A stretch of 64,000 bases of DNA, from assembly GCF_009914755.1 (NCBI RefSeq), contig NC_060937.1, one strand, 5' to 3'. Under the pieces are notes generated by a model. The model ran no database searches. It was not told where the DNA came from and was given only the letters and a program-made list of their open reading frames with translations. Each line of letters starts with the position of its first letter. Within the stretch, counting starts at the first letter, position 1. Source of the DNA: the human T2T-CHM13v2.0 reference genome, Homo sapiens. The position numbers and the translations under genes were made by a program. Below are positions 41,096 to 60,109 of this stretch, one piece after another.

Positions 41096-42619
41096 TATAC
41101 CAATTTTTTCTGAATCCAGCTAAAATTGTTATTCCAGATAGAATAACAATGCAGAAGGTAAGTCTATGAAACCAGTTTAGTCTCACTATCCAGGGAGTGG
41201 GGCACTTAACTCAATGCTTCAATATTCCCTCAACAGATACTTTCAAATCACAGAGATACACAATGGTCAAAAACTGTGCGTTTCAATCAAGGAAAAGCAT
41301 AAGAAATTCTTATTAAAGACATTTACACTCACCTTTTAAAAGAATTTCCTATATAAAAGGCTCTTGAAATAAAATCACTTTAGATTTTTTAAAAGAATAT
41401 AGTTAAGTGCAAATCCTTGGGAATCAACATTTAAGGGGCACACAGAATACAAGGAGCCTCCGTGTAAGACTGAAGGGCTTGAACAGGAAGATACAAAACT
41501 GAAGAGTGATAAATAGAAGCCAAAAGAAGAGTCTTTTTCAAGAAAACAGGAGCTCTTGATGTGTCAAATGCTGCAGACGGCCATTTAGGATAGTAACAAG
41601 TACATCTCCATTTATTCTGCAATGAGGAGGTCATTAGTGACTTTGAAAAGCAGTTTTAGTGGAGAGTTGGGTCAGAAGACTGAATAATAAGTATCAGGTG
41701 AAACAGTATCAAGTAGAAACAGTAAGGCACAGAACTGTTTTAAGAATTTAGTTGTTAAGTGGGGATAAGCAGGATAGTGACTAACAGTAAAATAGGGAGG
41801 AGAGAAAATGGATGTTAAAGATATAGAAGAGAGTGTATCACAAATGAACAAGATTGCTGAGGCAGGAGGAAATCAGATCTACAATACAAGGGAATTATTC
41901 ATCAACCTTATACAGCAGGAAGGAGGCCTCTTACACAGAATAAGAGGGAAGTAAAAAAGTTTAGGCACAAATAAAAACTTAGTTTGAAGGTGTGGTAGGA
42001 GGAAGTTGAGGGAATTCCTAAAGATTTCCATTGTCTCTGCTTAGTAGATAGCAAAAAAGAGAAATGAAAGCATAGATTTATGGAGAAGGTTTGACATACC
42101 TACCAGGAAGAAAAAGAACAGACTTGGGCTTTTCTGAACCTTTTATATTTTCAACAACTACTAATTATTGTAATGACAACTGAAAATATTTTAAAGATAA
42201 GAAGTATCAAATACATTTTAAAATGTTTTTTATGCAAAAAAATTAAAATGAAAAGAAAGGATGCTTGGGTGTGTTAAAAGGTAACCCCTTAGTATTTAGG
42301 AAAAGTTAGCTCTCCAAACTTGAACAGTTATGGTTTATAATATTTTATTTAAATATACTAGTCAACTAAAATGGGAGAGTATAGCTGCCTTTATTGCTAT
42401 TTTGTAGAAGCGGTATTAGGTTGGATTATGAAATCCTGAGTAACCATAAACAAGTTTCCTATTTGTTCTTAGAAGCAATTTTTTAACAGCACTGTCCAAA
42501 GATGGAACAGGTTTCCTTTAAGTACTGATGTAACAATTACTGGAAAGATGTATTTACAATACTTTACAACTGTTAGTCTATTAAGTCTTCAGAGATAATT
42601 CTGAAATATAGTAGTTAAT

Positions 42620-42795
42620 ATTGTAGTCTTGTAGCTTCTCAGTTCTCTGTCATAAAGACTCGACTTGGCCACTGTAGCTCAAAAGCAGCCACAGACAATA
42701 TGTAACCAAATGGATGGACATGGCTGTGTTCCAATAAAACTTTTTTTGCAAAAACCAGTGACTGGCCCACACACTCTAGTTTTCTAATCCCTGGT
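42620..42795. mobile_element. MER58A
   Basis: aaaagcagccacagacaatatgtaa...ggctgtgttccaataaaacttt. Confidence 0.8.
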
Positions 42796-43076
42796 CTAAG
42801 TTTTCAGCTTCTCACTGAAAAAGTTGCTTAAATTTTTAAGATCTTTAGTTTTGTCATCTGTAAGTAGAGTAACAAAGCTATTGAAATAATAAGACAATTA
42901 TATAAATTACATTAAATTGTCCACCCCCACTCAATGCATTTAACAAATACAAGTTCTCTTTCTCTGTGTTTGGTAATATGACATTACAGTGCCCATCTTT
43001 CAGAACATCAAAGAGGTGGAGAAAACATTCAAGGGGTGGAAAATAAATGCTTATTGATGACTCAAAAATGATTTTG

Positions 43077-43355
43077 CTCCCACCTCAGCTTCCCAAGTAG
43101 CTGGGATCACAGGCATGCACCACCATGTCAGGCTAATTTCTTTGTTTTTTTGTAGAGATGGGGTCTTACTTTGTTGCCCACACTGGTCTCAAACTCCTGG
43201 GCTAAAGTGGTACTCCAGCCTTAGCCTCCCAAAGTGCTGAGATAACAGGCAGGAGGACTGCTTGACTTCAAGAGGCTAAGCTGCAGTGAGCCATGATTGT
43301 ACCACTGTCCTCCAGCCTGGGTGACACAGTGAGAGCATGTCTCAAGAAAAAAAAT
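43077..43355. mobile_element. AluJ with inverted 5' portion
   Basis: 43077-43250 is minus-strand Alu 5' two-thirds; 43247-43355 is plus-strand Alu 3' end. Confidence 0.85.
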
Positions 43356-43834
43356 TTTTTTGCTAATTTTTTATTAATAAATCCAGGTCTCTATCTTAAT
43401 CTGATTTTGATTTCTTCTGAAAGATAAAAGTCAAACATTTCTTGGAAATAACTTTCCCAAGTCCTTAAGATTTAAAAATCTCATTTATAATATTTTATGT
43501 AAAACAAATATAGATTTCATTTTAAGCTTAGCGTTAGGAATTTTTAAATTTACATATGCAATACAATCCTGAAGGGCTGTAATGCTGCACAATAAAGTTC
43601 TAGAGGGAAAACTAGGAAGGGAAAATAAAAATATGCAATGCAAACCACTTTCTCTGCCTTTGTACAGCTACTATATGCCAGTTTTTGCCTTATAATTCAG
43701 TAAGATAGAAATATGTCAATAAAATGATTCTGAAACGAGAGGGATCACAGTCGAAAGGTGTTCTGAAGCCCACGAAAACTCTAGAAAGTAAATAATCAAG
43801 AATTCGCCATTTAAACCAAGATTCTGAAACTCAC

Positions 43835-43943
43835 CATCTCTATTAGTTTCCCATTCTACATTTTCTTCTTCACTTTCTGGAGTTCTTTCCTTAGTGATTT
43901 TTATGTCTTCCTTTTCCCTATGTCTCCCTCTTGAAGATTCTTT
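43835..43943 (-). CDS. ZC3H13: ZC3H13 internal coding exon (109 nt; KESSRGRHREKEDIKITKERTPESEEENVEWETNRD)
   Basis: Acceptor tttttag|AAAGAA, donor GATG|gtgagt; phase 0 to 1; joins in frame to the 34801-34940 exon; peptide recognised as ZC3H13. Confidence 0.95.
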
Positions 43944-46900
43944 CTAAAAAAGTACATACATACATTCAGATTACTATATTTTTAAAAATTATGAGGTAGT
44001 TTATTGTAATAAGAGAACATTTTAATTTCATTCATCTCTGTTTCATCAAAGAATCAGTTTTGTAAATAGTCACTTATCCACTAAGTAGAGAAAGTGACAA
44101 ATTCTAGTTTAGCACCACAATGAAAAGACTATACTCCATTTTACTAAAGAACAAAAACTACTAAACAACAAAAACTAAAAGAGATGTAGACTATACTACA
44201 TCTATTTTACTAAAGAACAAAAACTTTAAATATTAAAGAGTAGCTAAGATGTAAAAATATACAATGCAAATCTAATACTTTAACAAACTTGTGACATTCA
44301 GCTACACAGTAAGTTTCCACGTGAAAACCACTGGGGAAAAGACAGTTTAAAATGAATAAAATACAATGGAAGGATTTGTAAGTGATTATATTTTAAAATG
44401 TCAAAAAAGGGCTAAACCATTCACCACAGACTTCTAAAAATAACTGATCTAGGACTTGTCATATATTCAAGTAATTGTCATTTTCCTAGACACCCAAGGA
44501 TAAATCCAAACTCATTTAATAGTATTATAAAGGTTTACAAAAATATATTTTACCCATTTTGATGAAACCAAATGGTACCTAAAATAGTAAATTAGTCCTC
44601 ACTACTGCTGCTAAAAAACAGGTTTTACATTTTATTCCAGGTATAAAAGCAGCTTACACACAAAAAAGGACAAAATTAATTCAGATTATAAAAGTCAATT
44701 AAATGTCCTATTACATAAGAACTCCAAATCATATTTTACTAGGTGGTAAGAAAATAAAAGTAACCAGTGTTATATAATTGTTATCTTCCACCACAGCAGA
44801 AGTCTTACTTTTACTAACATTGTAAATACTATGAAAGACACTTACACACAAGGATATTAAGTGCTCAAATTTCTTTCTGAGCATTACTAATCATAAAATT
44901 TGGCTGCTTAAAACACAAATTAATTTCTCTTTGTAGTTTTCTTCTTAAAGAACTCTAGTATATATAACTGCCCCTAAATTCTACATATTTAGGCATGAAG
45001 TCATACTGTAAATATTACTGACAAAATTTGGATTTGATTGCTGGTAAGACAACAGAGGCTGACGAAAATAATTTGTAAGTTATATGAGAATAAAACCTGC
45101 CATGAAAAAAATGGTGAAGAGTCAAGAAAACAGAAATGGGCCTCTACTTGAACAGAAGACAAAAGGAAGAAATATAATTTACTTTTACTCTTAAAACATA
45201 TTATGTGGAACATCAATGAAGAACTATCCTACATCCCAAACAATTTTTGAATGTTCTGTGGATTAAACCCACTGTAAATATACATTACTGAATAACTATA
45301 CCAAAAATATTTAATAGGAGGTTATCTCCAAATTATTAAATAACATATTCTGTGCTTTCTGTCCACTTAAAAGTATGTAAAATCCAATTGCAAGTCTAGT
45401 TAAAAAGGGTGTCAGAGCAGTAGTGCTGGTGCTGCAAAATCAATCTATAAATTTGTAACATTTTTTATCAGATTTAGAGCCAGAAATGTTGTATCAATAA
45501 ATGTCATTAATAATGATGTCTGTAAATATTTCATATTTACCCTAAATATTAAAATTATAATTTTTGAATTGTCCATGTTTTCCAATATGACTCTGATGCT
45601 ACTCCCAGAGATCATATATAACTTCTATTATTAGGTACTAGAGACTGAATGCAGGCTTAAATAGGTGATGGAATTTCAAGTTCTTACCTCAAATCATAAT
45701 ATAGGAAATTATTTTGGTAACATTTATTAAGAAGGTCTAGCTAATTTAAAAAATACCTTATTTCCTAATTTCCCCCACTTCAACAATGTGTAACTTGTTT
45801 AGGTATGTTATGCCTTTTATCAAACAAAGTTATTCCCCCTTTTCTCTTATACTCAAATAAATAGGGTATGGTATTACTCGTCCAATGTAGTGTAGCACGG
45901 TCTACTATTCCACCTTGCTGTATTTCTTGAACAGAATGGCTTCTCATCTTCTCTTAAATCCAAACATATTAATTAAAAGTATAACCTACTGATTACTATG
46001 TGTTGTAAATTAGTCATCCTGGAACATCTAAGTCTTGAAATACTTGAAGAACCACAGTATTTTAGCCAAAACCCTTGGGATCAGATATTTTAAGAGTTCA
46101 GAATTTTTTTTTTTTTTTGCATTTCAAAGCATATTAAGTAGTACTACTGTTCCAGTGGAGTCTGGAACAGTAGCCTGTGACCAAACATACTAACATTTTT
46201 GCAGCAAAACACAGAAATTCACCACTTGTATAAAAACTGTAATTAAATTTATTTCAATTAAGACCAGGTTTTGCTCCCAAATGTCTGTGTCTTAGGAAAA
46301 ATGTTTGAAGTTTTTTGAATTTCAGAAATGTAATACATGATTTTAGATGTTTATATTACTTTCATTTCCACTCTCATATGCACATTTATTTCTTGAACAT
46401 TATATGCGTGGGCAGATTATGTTCATCATTAATTTTAGATAAAAAGCAAGCATTACAAAGAATATGAAATAGGAAGTGTCAAGGCTAAGAGAGTTGAGAA
46501 CCATTATTAGTAACTAGAGTATAAAAATGGTTAGGAGGCTGTGTAAGTAATATAATCCAACCTCCTACCCTATGCAGAACAATTTTCCACAATATTTGTA
46601 TAGCTATGGAAGCCCTCTATTACAAGACTCTTGGGGGCAAAAATCTTAGCTCTGTGCTGTTGCACCCTTTCTTCCCATTTCCAGACAGTTCTAATTATTA
46701 GAAAATTATTTCTTATGCCCATTGCATCTTTCTTAACCTCTCTAGAGGTTCTACCTCCCTACAATTTCTACTGATTGGGAATAGTTCTAACCTCTGGAAT
46801 TATGCAAAACAAATCTAATACTTCTTTCACGTGCTAGCCCTTTCTTCATCATTCTGTCATCTTCTCTGGGCATATTAATCGGCTAGTGTGCTTCAATGAA

Positions 46901-48639
46901 ACATGATACCCCAAATTAATCTAGTCTTGTCAGAACAGCATAAAGCATACAGCTTCCAACTCCCCTGACTTAGAATTGAAATTATACTTGTATTAATGAA
47001 GTCTAACTTGTTTTAGCAGAGAAAAATGGAGCTTCAACTAAGAAACTATAATCTCCTAAACTATACAAATTTGAACTATTATTTCACATAAAATGAAGTC
47101 TATATATAGGGTAAACTTCAGGCCTAAGTGACTTAGTAACAGTGAAATCATCAAAGACCAAATATTCACTCTTGTTTTCATTTATCACAGCTCCGCTCTG
47201 CCTAATGTTGACTTCACATTAAAGCTTATCTCTTACCATAATAAGAAGCAATCTGGGTCTCCTCAGTGTATCTCTCCCACAAGCACAAATAAGAATTCCT
47301 TCCTTCAGAGTGACTAGGCCAACTTCAGTCACATGGCCACCTATGAATGAATAACTATCAAGGTAATAGCCATGGGATAAATGGCTTAGGCCTGCTTCCT
47401 GAATCAATTGAATTAGCAAGGAGAATGGGATTATTCTAACTGGATTCGACTAATCAAGGCCCAGCCATGAAAGTGGGATCAATTCCCCAAATCACAATGC
47501 TGATACAAAATGAAAAAGTGGTGGAACGGGTTCTGGGGAATCCAAAGTGATCTGCCTGGCACTTCATAGTACACTTCACTTCCTCATGGTACAATGCTAC
47601 ACTTTTGATAACTTCAGGCTATAACAAGACAGAATTTCCAACTTAATAAAAATTTCTCCTTTACTATTCACATTTCCGACCCTTCTTCTAAGGTCTTTTT
47701 CCATCTTCCTGATGTATATCCTTTTAAATATTCTCTATTTAGTGAAGATCTGTTGGTAGTAAACACTCTCAATTTTATTTGAAAAGGTCTTTATTTTATT
47801 CTCATTCCTGAAAGCCAGACTTTGGTACATACTTTGGGTTGATAGGTTTATCTCAGTACTTTGAAAATATTATTTCACTGCCTTTTAGCTTCCATTGTTT
47901 GTTACTGATGTCATCCTGTTGCTTCTTTGCATGGGGATTTGTCTTTCTGTATCTAGAGGTTTCTAGGATTTTCTCTATGTCTCTGATGCTTTGCAGTTTC
48001 ATTATAATATTCTATCTCTCATGTACTGCACATCTCGTATCTGTAGATTTGTGGTTCATCAATTACGGAAAATTCTCAGCTACTATTTCTTAAAATGTTG
48101 CTTCTCCAACATTCTTTTTTTTTTTTCTTCTGGGTTTCCAACTAGATGCATATTGAATTTTCTAAGTATTTCCCCCATGTTTTTAAACCTTGTCAATACT
48201 TTCCATAACTTCTCTTTATGTGATGAATTCTGGAGAAATTCTTCAGCTGGCAACTATTGTCAGGTCAAGTCACCCTATTCTACACCAGTGCAATTAACTT
48301 TCTATGCCTAAAATCAATTCCATGTTTATCCCTAACAGTTTCTGAGCTTCCTATATAATCACACCTCTTATATTGGATTTACTTACATCTTTCCACAATT
48401 ACTTGGAGAAATTTCCTTTGAAGTTAATATACAAAAATTATCTCAGAACATTTAGTCAAAGAATGACTCAATTATTTGTATGTCAATAACATTCTCACCT
48501 GCTACTAATATTCACTTATAAACATCTACACAAATCTATCCACTACTAAAGTTATCATTCAAGTAATAATTCCATATTTATTATATTGACATCAGAGGAT
48601 TTTAAACATTCAATGTTTTACGCAAAACTTTGTTTTCTT

Positions 48640-48996
48640 CTCCTATCATCCATCTATCTACCTATCTTATTGATCTTATCTATCTATCCCATCTATCGAT
48701 CTATCTACTTGAGACAGGGTCTTGTTCTATGATCCAGGCTGAAGAGCAGTGACGCAATCATAGCTCACTGTAGTCTTGACCTCTTGGGCTCAAGCAATCC
48801 TCCTGCCTCAGCCTCCCACAGCTGGAACTACTGGTACATACCACTACGCCCAGCTAATTAAAAAATTTTTTTATTTGTAGAGACAGGGTCTCTCTATGTT
48901 GCCCAAGCTGGTCTTGAACTCTTGGACTCAACCAATCCTCCTACCTCAGCCTCCCAAAGTACAGGGATTACAGGCGTGATCCACGATACCAGGTCT
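48640..48996 (-). mobile_element. AluJ with (TCTA)n-like microsatellite tail
   Basis: ctatcatccatctatcta... followed by gagacagggtcttg. Confidence 0.85.
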
Positions 48997-50484
48997 AACC
49001 TCTCATTTTATTTTAAAAGAATAATGCTATTTCAAATCCTATTGCTCTAAAAATAAACTTAGTTTCAAAGAACACTAACATTATCAACCAATTCCTGGAT
49101 TTTCTTTGAGCAGCTCTAGAATTAATGTTAATACCAATTTTTCTTCTCTGTTATTTACTGTCATGTGGTATCCCAAAATTATTAACAAGTGAAGCAACTA
49201 TTATTAATTTTAAAAAGATTAGGGTTTTCGACCTTAATGTTTTCAAACCTTTATAATTGGACACATCTGATTAAAGCTAAAAAAAAAAAAACTTTATTAA
49301 TCTAGTAGAATGGTTCATTGTTGTGCTTTGGCCTGAACGTTAGACCAACAGCCTGCTCAGTCTATATACAGTTTTAGAATATATATACCTAATATTTTGA
49401 AATTTTGAAATTATTCACAGATCTGCAGTTTCAGATCCTTTCAATATTATAGAAACAAAGAGAGTAATTTAGTCCTACACTTAATGAAACTGTAGTTTAT
49501 TTTGTTTATACTAAAGAAAAATACCCAAATAGGATTATTGGAGAATCTTTTTATGAAGTGCTCATATAAATTAAATTAGCTCATCTCAGAAAAAACAAGT
49601 AAGAAATATACAGATAACCAAAATAACATCATCTCTAAAAAGTACAAAAAGAATTAAAATGAAAAAGAAATAGTTAATACTTCTGTATCTATGTACCTAA
49701 TAATACAGTAGTGAAGAGCAGAAACTATAGGATATGGAGTAAAAGAGACAGAAACCTACTACTAAGATACTTTAACATAATGTTCTCAAACCAAAATAGA
49801 TCAAATAAAGAAGAATCTTAAAAATATAGGATGCCCAAAGAATAGATGTTTTATATATATTTATAGAACCTAAAAACCAAGAACTAGAAAATACACCTTT
49901 TTTTTAAAGCATGGGTGGAAAATTGAGAAAAAGTGACTGTCTTAGGCTACAAAGAAAATCTCATCAAATTCAAAAATATGAAGAAAAACATGAAAGTTAC
50001 TTTTTAAAAATCAAAAGAAAACACACATACACACGTAAAAAACAAAAGGCCCTCCAACCTGAAAATTTTAACATTCCATTAAACAATTCTTAGATAATGG
50101 GTGGAATCCAAATCTAAAGAGGAGAACTTCCCGAAAATAACTGTCATAGTTTGACATATGAGATTCATGAGATTCAGCTAAAGCAGTTATCTGATGAGAA
50201 CTTACAGCATTAAAGAACATAAATAAAAATGAAAACAAATGTTCAACAAATTCAACAACAACAAAAAAATAAGCAACCAAAGAAGGAATTTAAAGACCCA
50301 GAAATAAATGTTAGAAAGCACAAAGAAGGAACTAATATACAAATGTAAAAGCTGATTCTCTGAAAATAAACCACTGGCTAACCTAAACAAGAAAAAAGGG
50401 AGAAAGCACAAATTCAAAATCCTAAATGACAAAGTAAAAGTATCTCTAAGAACAAAGCAAAATGAAAAAATAAAACTATGAGGT

Positions 50485-50788
50485 GTTTTTTATTTTTTTT
50501 TATTTTTTGAGACAGGGTCTAGCTCTGTTACCCAGGCTGCAGCACAGTGCGCAATCTTGGCTCACTGCAACCTCTGCTTCCTGGGCTCAAGCCATCCTCT
50601 CACCTCAGCCTCCCGGGTAGCTGGGACTACAGGCACACACCACTACACCCGGCTAATTTCTGTACGTTTTGTAGAGATGGGAGTTTTGCCATGTTGCCCA
50701 GGCTGATCTTGAACTTCTGAGCTCAAGCAATCTGCCTGCCTTGGCCTCCCAAAGTGCGGGATTACAGGCATGAGCCACTGTGCCCGGT
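50485..50788 (-). mobile_element. AluJb-type element
   Basis: Full dimer; ctgggctcaagccatcctc. Confidence 0.88.
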
Positions 50789-51049
50789 GAGATACTGTGT
50801 CTGGTGAGATTTCTTTACATAACTCTATGCAAACAAGTTTGAAAACTTACATGAAAAACGGCTGAAATTTCTAGAAAAATACTATTTGCCAAAACTGACT
50901 TTAACAGAACCAAAAGTCTACATCATTTTTCAAAGAAAAAATAAAGCCAGTTAAAGAACTCCTTCATAAAATAGTACCAAACCCAGTGGGTTTTGCAGGG
51001 GAATTTTACCAATCCTTTAAAGAGCAGAAAATCTAAATGCATTTAAAAT

Positions 51050-55650
<4,601 letters not shown>

Positions 55651-57189
55651 AACCAGAAAAGTGACAAGTAAAATTATCTGTACTTGATATCTTAAGTAAA
55701 ATATTTTCCCTAAAATACAGAATTTTTAAAACAGAGAAGAAAAAGACCAAAAAAAAAAAAAAAAAAGAGAAAATGGGCAGGGGATACAGTAAATTACCTG
55801 TAAATACATGAAGATGCCCAACCTCACTCACAAGAGAAACATAATTAAAACTATGATGAAATAACATTTTTTTCTATGAAATTGGCAAAAAGACAAGTTT
55901 GAAAACACATACTAACAAAGCAAAGATAAAGTAATTTGGCTCTGTGTGCTGCTGGCAACAATGCAAATGTCATTATGTAGTAAGATTATGTAGGCATTTA
56001 CCCTTTGACACAGCAATTCCATTTCTAGAGATTTATATTTCCCTAAGACACAGACACAAAAATGCAAAATAACAATTGCATATATTCCCTGTAGCTCTGC
56101 TTTTAGTGGCAAGACTGAAATAACCTAAAATCTCCACTAATAGAAGACTGGTTGAATAATGTACCATACAATCATACAATGAAATACTATGTAACTATAA
56201 AAAAGCTTAAGATATAGCTTTGCATACTGCTATAGAATGATCTCTGGTACAGTGTTAAGTTAAAAAAGCAAGGTGAAGAAAAATGTATACAGTAATGCTA
56301 CCTTTTATCTAAGAAAAAGAAAAAAGGTGATTATATATACACTAATTTGTGTGCATATATATGTAAATATTAAATATATATATGTGTGTATTAAAACAGC
56401 CGGATTACCCAAAAACTAATAAATGTGGTTACCTACAGGGAAAAGGGTACAGCAATCATGGGACAGAAGTTAAAGACTTTTCTGAATGTAAAACTGTTTT
56501 GTAAATTTAGCTTTGAAATCATGTAAACGTTTTATGTAATTAGAAAATGAAAGAAAAAAGAAATCTAAAAACTTCAAAATTACTTGTAATTATCTGATTA
56601 TTTCAGTTAACCCAACTAAGTATCAATTTGGTGGTTTAACCACATAGAGAAGACCTGTTTCAAGTAACTTAAAATGTACGAATTTGACTATATATTCCTA
56701 ATAGACAGATTTAACAATATTATCTTAATAGGATATATCTTAAGAACTATATAGAAACCTTAAGTTGAGCTCAGTATAACACTATTAGCAATAATATAGT
56801 TGCTATTCTGAAACTATTAAATGTAATGTAAGGTCAGGCAAATGAATAATGTCAACAGGGACCAAAATTTTCAGCAGAAGAGAAAAATCATACAACTAAT
56901 AAAATCAAAGTTAAGTAAAAGTCCTGCAGTCCAAATCTGAATTATTTGAATTCATGTTTGTCTGTTTTAAAGAGAAGATCTATACGCATTTCCTAGGTAT
57001 GCCTAATGAAAAGCCCCAAAGACAATGACTAATCTAGCGGTAAAAGCTTTCAAGTACTCTCAGTAAAAGGAACCAAGTTTTTTGAGGAAAATGGCTGATT
57101 CCACATATATAGTATGAAATACACAATGTGCTGGGAATACGTGATCTTCAGAGAAACAAAGAAACTACAGAGGATTACTAAAGTGGTCT

Positions 57190-58150
57190 CAAAACAACAT
57201 GATATAACTGGACTTCATTCAAGTTGAAAGACATTTTGAAAGACACCACAAAAAAAAATAAAAAGGCAGGCTGCACACTGGGAAAACGTATTTGCAATAC
57301 ATATATCTCACAAAGGATTGGTATACAGAATATTACCAATTGGTAATAGGACAAAGAGCCTAATTTATGAGCAAAAGATGTTAACAAATAAACAATTAGC
57401 CAATAAAAGATATACATAAGATCAGAAACAGCCAATAAACATATGAAAAGATGTTCAACATCACTAACCATTAAGAAATGAAAATTAAAACTACTATATA
57501 CCCACTAGAAGGGCTAACATGAAAAAGACCAACAATGCCAAGTGTTGGTAAGAATACAGAGAGAAAATTATTCAGTGTAGGTGGAGATGCAAAATGGAAC
57601 AACCACTTCAGAAAACTGTTCAGCAGTTTCTTATAAAGTTAAAAATATACATAAGACACAGTTCTACCCCTAGATATTTACCAAAAGAAAACTTTTCCAC
57701 ACAAAAACATATATACACATGTTGATAGCAGCTTTATTCTTAATAGGTGAAAACTAGAAACAACTCAAATGTCCATCCACTGGAGAATGGCTAAACAAAT
57801 TTTGATATATCCATCTAATAGAACATGAATCAGCAATAAAAGGAATGAACTACTGACATATGCAACAATGTGGTTGAATCTGGTAAGTACTATGCTGAAA
57901 GAATCAAGACACGATAATATATATGATTCCATTACAGTGACAGATCAGAGGTTATCAGGAGTGAGTTTGGGAGGCGACTGATGACAAAAAGGCATGAAGA
58001 TATGTTTTCGGTTGACAGATATGTTCTGTATCTTGATTGTGGTGGTAGTTATACAGGTGGCACATCTGTCAAGACTCAAACTGTATACTTAAAATGGGTG
58101 CATTTCAATGTTTGAAAATTATATTTCAATAAAGTAAATTAAAAAAAAAG
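57190..58150 (+). mobile_element. L1M 3' fragment
   Basis: gaaaagatgttcaacatcactaacc...aaaaggaatgaactactgacatatgcaac...tttcaataaag plus A tail. Confidence 0.8.
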
Positions 58151-58499
58151 GCTCAGGATCCAATACAAAGATCACCCACAAGCTAAGGAAGGGACATCTG
58201 GGCATAAAAATACTAATAGTGGGAATGGATTACAGTTAGAGAAATCAGTAAAAACTCATGGTTAGCTTAATACAGATAACAGATGGTCACTAGAAATATT
58301 TATATATACCAGTTAGTATACACGCATATATTTATTTGCTCTGCTAGCTGAGAGGTCCTAAAAGAAACAATACCCCACTAGCACAAACACAGCTAACGCC
58401 CAGGTTTTGGTTACTAATACCATTCTACAATAAAAGAAACCAGGGCACAAGCACATGCTCATTCCCTTGCTGTGTGTGCCAGTGTGCATGTGTCTCAGA

Positions 58500-58790
58500 A
58501 TACTAACCCTTGGAATTCAGTTATCAGGCTGTGAGGAAGCCCAAGCTATCCAAGGGAAGAGACCACATAGAGACAAACAGAGGCCTCTAGCTGACAGCCA
58601 GCATCGACTGCCAAACAGGTGAGTAAATAAACCTTCAAGTGATTCCAGCCTACGTGCTTCCAGTAGATTAACTGAGGCCCACAGATCAAGAGAAAAGACA
58701 TCCCTGCTGTGCCCTTTCTGAATTCCTGACAGAATTTGAGCACATAATAAATGGTTGTTTTACATCAAGGAATAGCAACTGGAACAACTC
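58500..58790 (+). mobile_element. MLT1 LTR fragment
   Basis: gtgaggaagcccaagct...ttccagcc...aataaatggttgtttta. Confidence 0.65.
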
Positions 58791-58926
58791 TTAATGCTAT
58801 CAAAGAATACATCTGCAGATCATACTAGGCTAAACTTAAAAGTTTTTTCCATATAAAATGAAAATATATAGCTATGTTGGAAAATCACCATAATTATCTC
58901 CGTACTACATATTCATTACCAAATTT

Positions 58927-58940
58927 CCACCAGGTGGTAG
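58927..58940 (+). promoter_or_regulatory. Candidate CTCF motif CCACCAGGTGGTAG
   Basis: One mismatch from the CCACCAGGTGGCAG core; motif only, binding unknown. Confidence 0.4.
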
Positions 58941-59385
58941 ATACACTGTACCTCTACTTATACTCTTATCCTTCTAAGCCTTTTCTTTTGAAATAAACAA
59001 ACAACACTCATTTGATCTATTTACCCCTACAGTGATCAGCTTCCTAAATTTTTACTTTGGTGACTTTCTACTATTTCTATTTTGCATTTAAACTATGTTT
59101 TATTATTTCCAAAGAATTTTATACGTACTTCTTCATTTGGTTCTCACCATAACTTGTGATAAACTGGGGCAGGTACATCTATCCTACAAGTTAAAAGACA
59201 AAGTCAAGAGACTTACTCAAGATATAGTTAGTAACAATGTTAAGGCCTTCTAACTTAAAAGTCCTCCACTGCAGGAGTCCTGCTAATTCTAACAGCTACA
59301 GTATTATCCCTTCCTCTAGAGTCAGTGCCATTTTTTTTTCTCATCTAGACAGAAATATCAAGATGGCAGAAAAAGAACAAGGTAA

Positions 59386-59550
59386 GGCCAAGTGCAGTGG
59401 CTCACAACTGTAATCCCAACATTTTTGGAGGCTGAGGCAGGAGGATTGTTTGAGCCTGGGAGGTGGAGGCTACAGTGAATCATGTTTGCATCATTGCACT
59501 TTAGATCGAGAGGGAGAGCAAGACTCCGTGTCAAGAAAAAAAAAAAAAAA
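59386..59550 (+). mobile_element. Alu monomer (FRAM/FAM-like)
   Basis: Single arm with A tail; aaaagaacaag on both flanks. Confidence 0.75.
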
Positions 59551-60109
59551 GAACAAGATAGGGGATGTCGGGGGGCAGTAAGAGAACTGAGGAGGCAACT
59601 GTGAAACAAAACTAATAATTGCATGGGCATTCTAGGAGGTACAATTTCCAGAGACAGTAAACTTCATACTAGAAATACATTTTCAATTCAGTAATAAGAC
59701 ACCTGGAATAGGTTTAAAGTTGGATAATCAACTTGAGATCCACCTATAGACTGAGAATTGAAAAAGTAATTTGAGTGTAGTCATCTTAAATAAATTCAGG
59801 ATAAATATCAAGTCTAAACAAATGATCTGTTTGAAGGTAAGCAATTAGGTTGGGGTGGGGTAGGAAACATAAACAAATGACAGAAATGGTCCTTTGAAAA
59901 AACAGTGGACAAGGGAAAGAGAACAACATTGTGAAGTCTCAAAAGAAAAACCTCGAGGTGGAAAAGAAAAAAAACAAAACCTCTAAAAATTACTTTTTAG
60001 GAACCAGAAAAAGTTATTAAAATAACAGGTAAAGAAAAAGTATTTAACCAGTTGAAATAATTAACATTTAGAAAATTAACATCAGTTAAAATATTATTCC
60101 AATTGTCAT

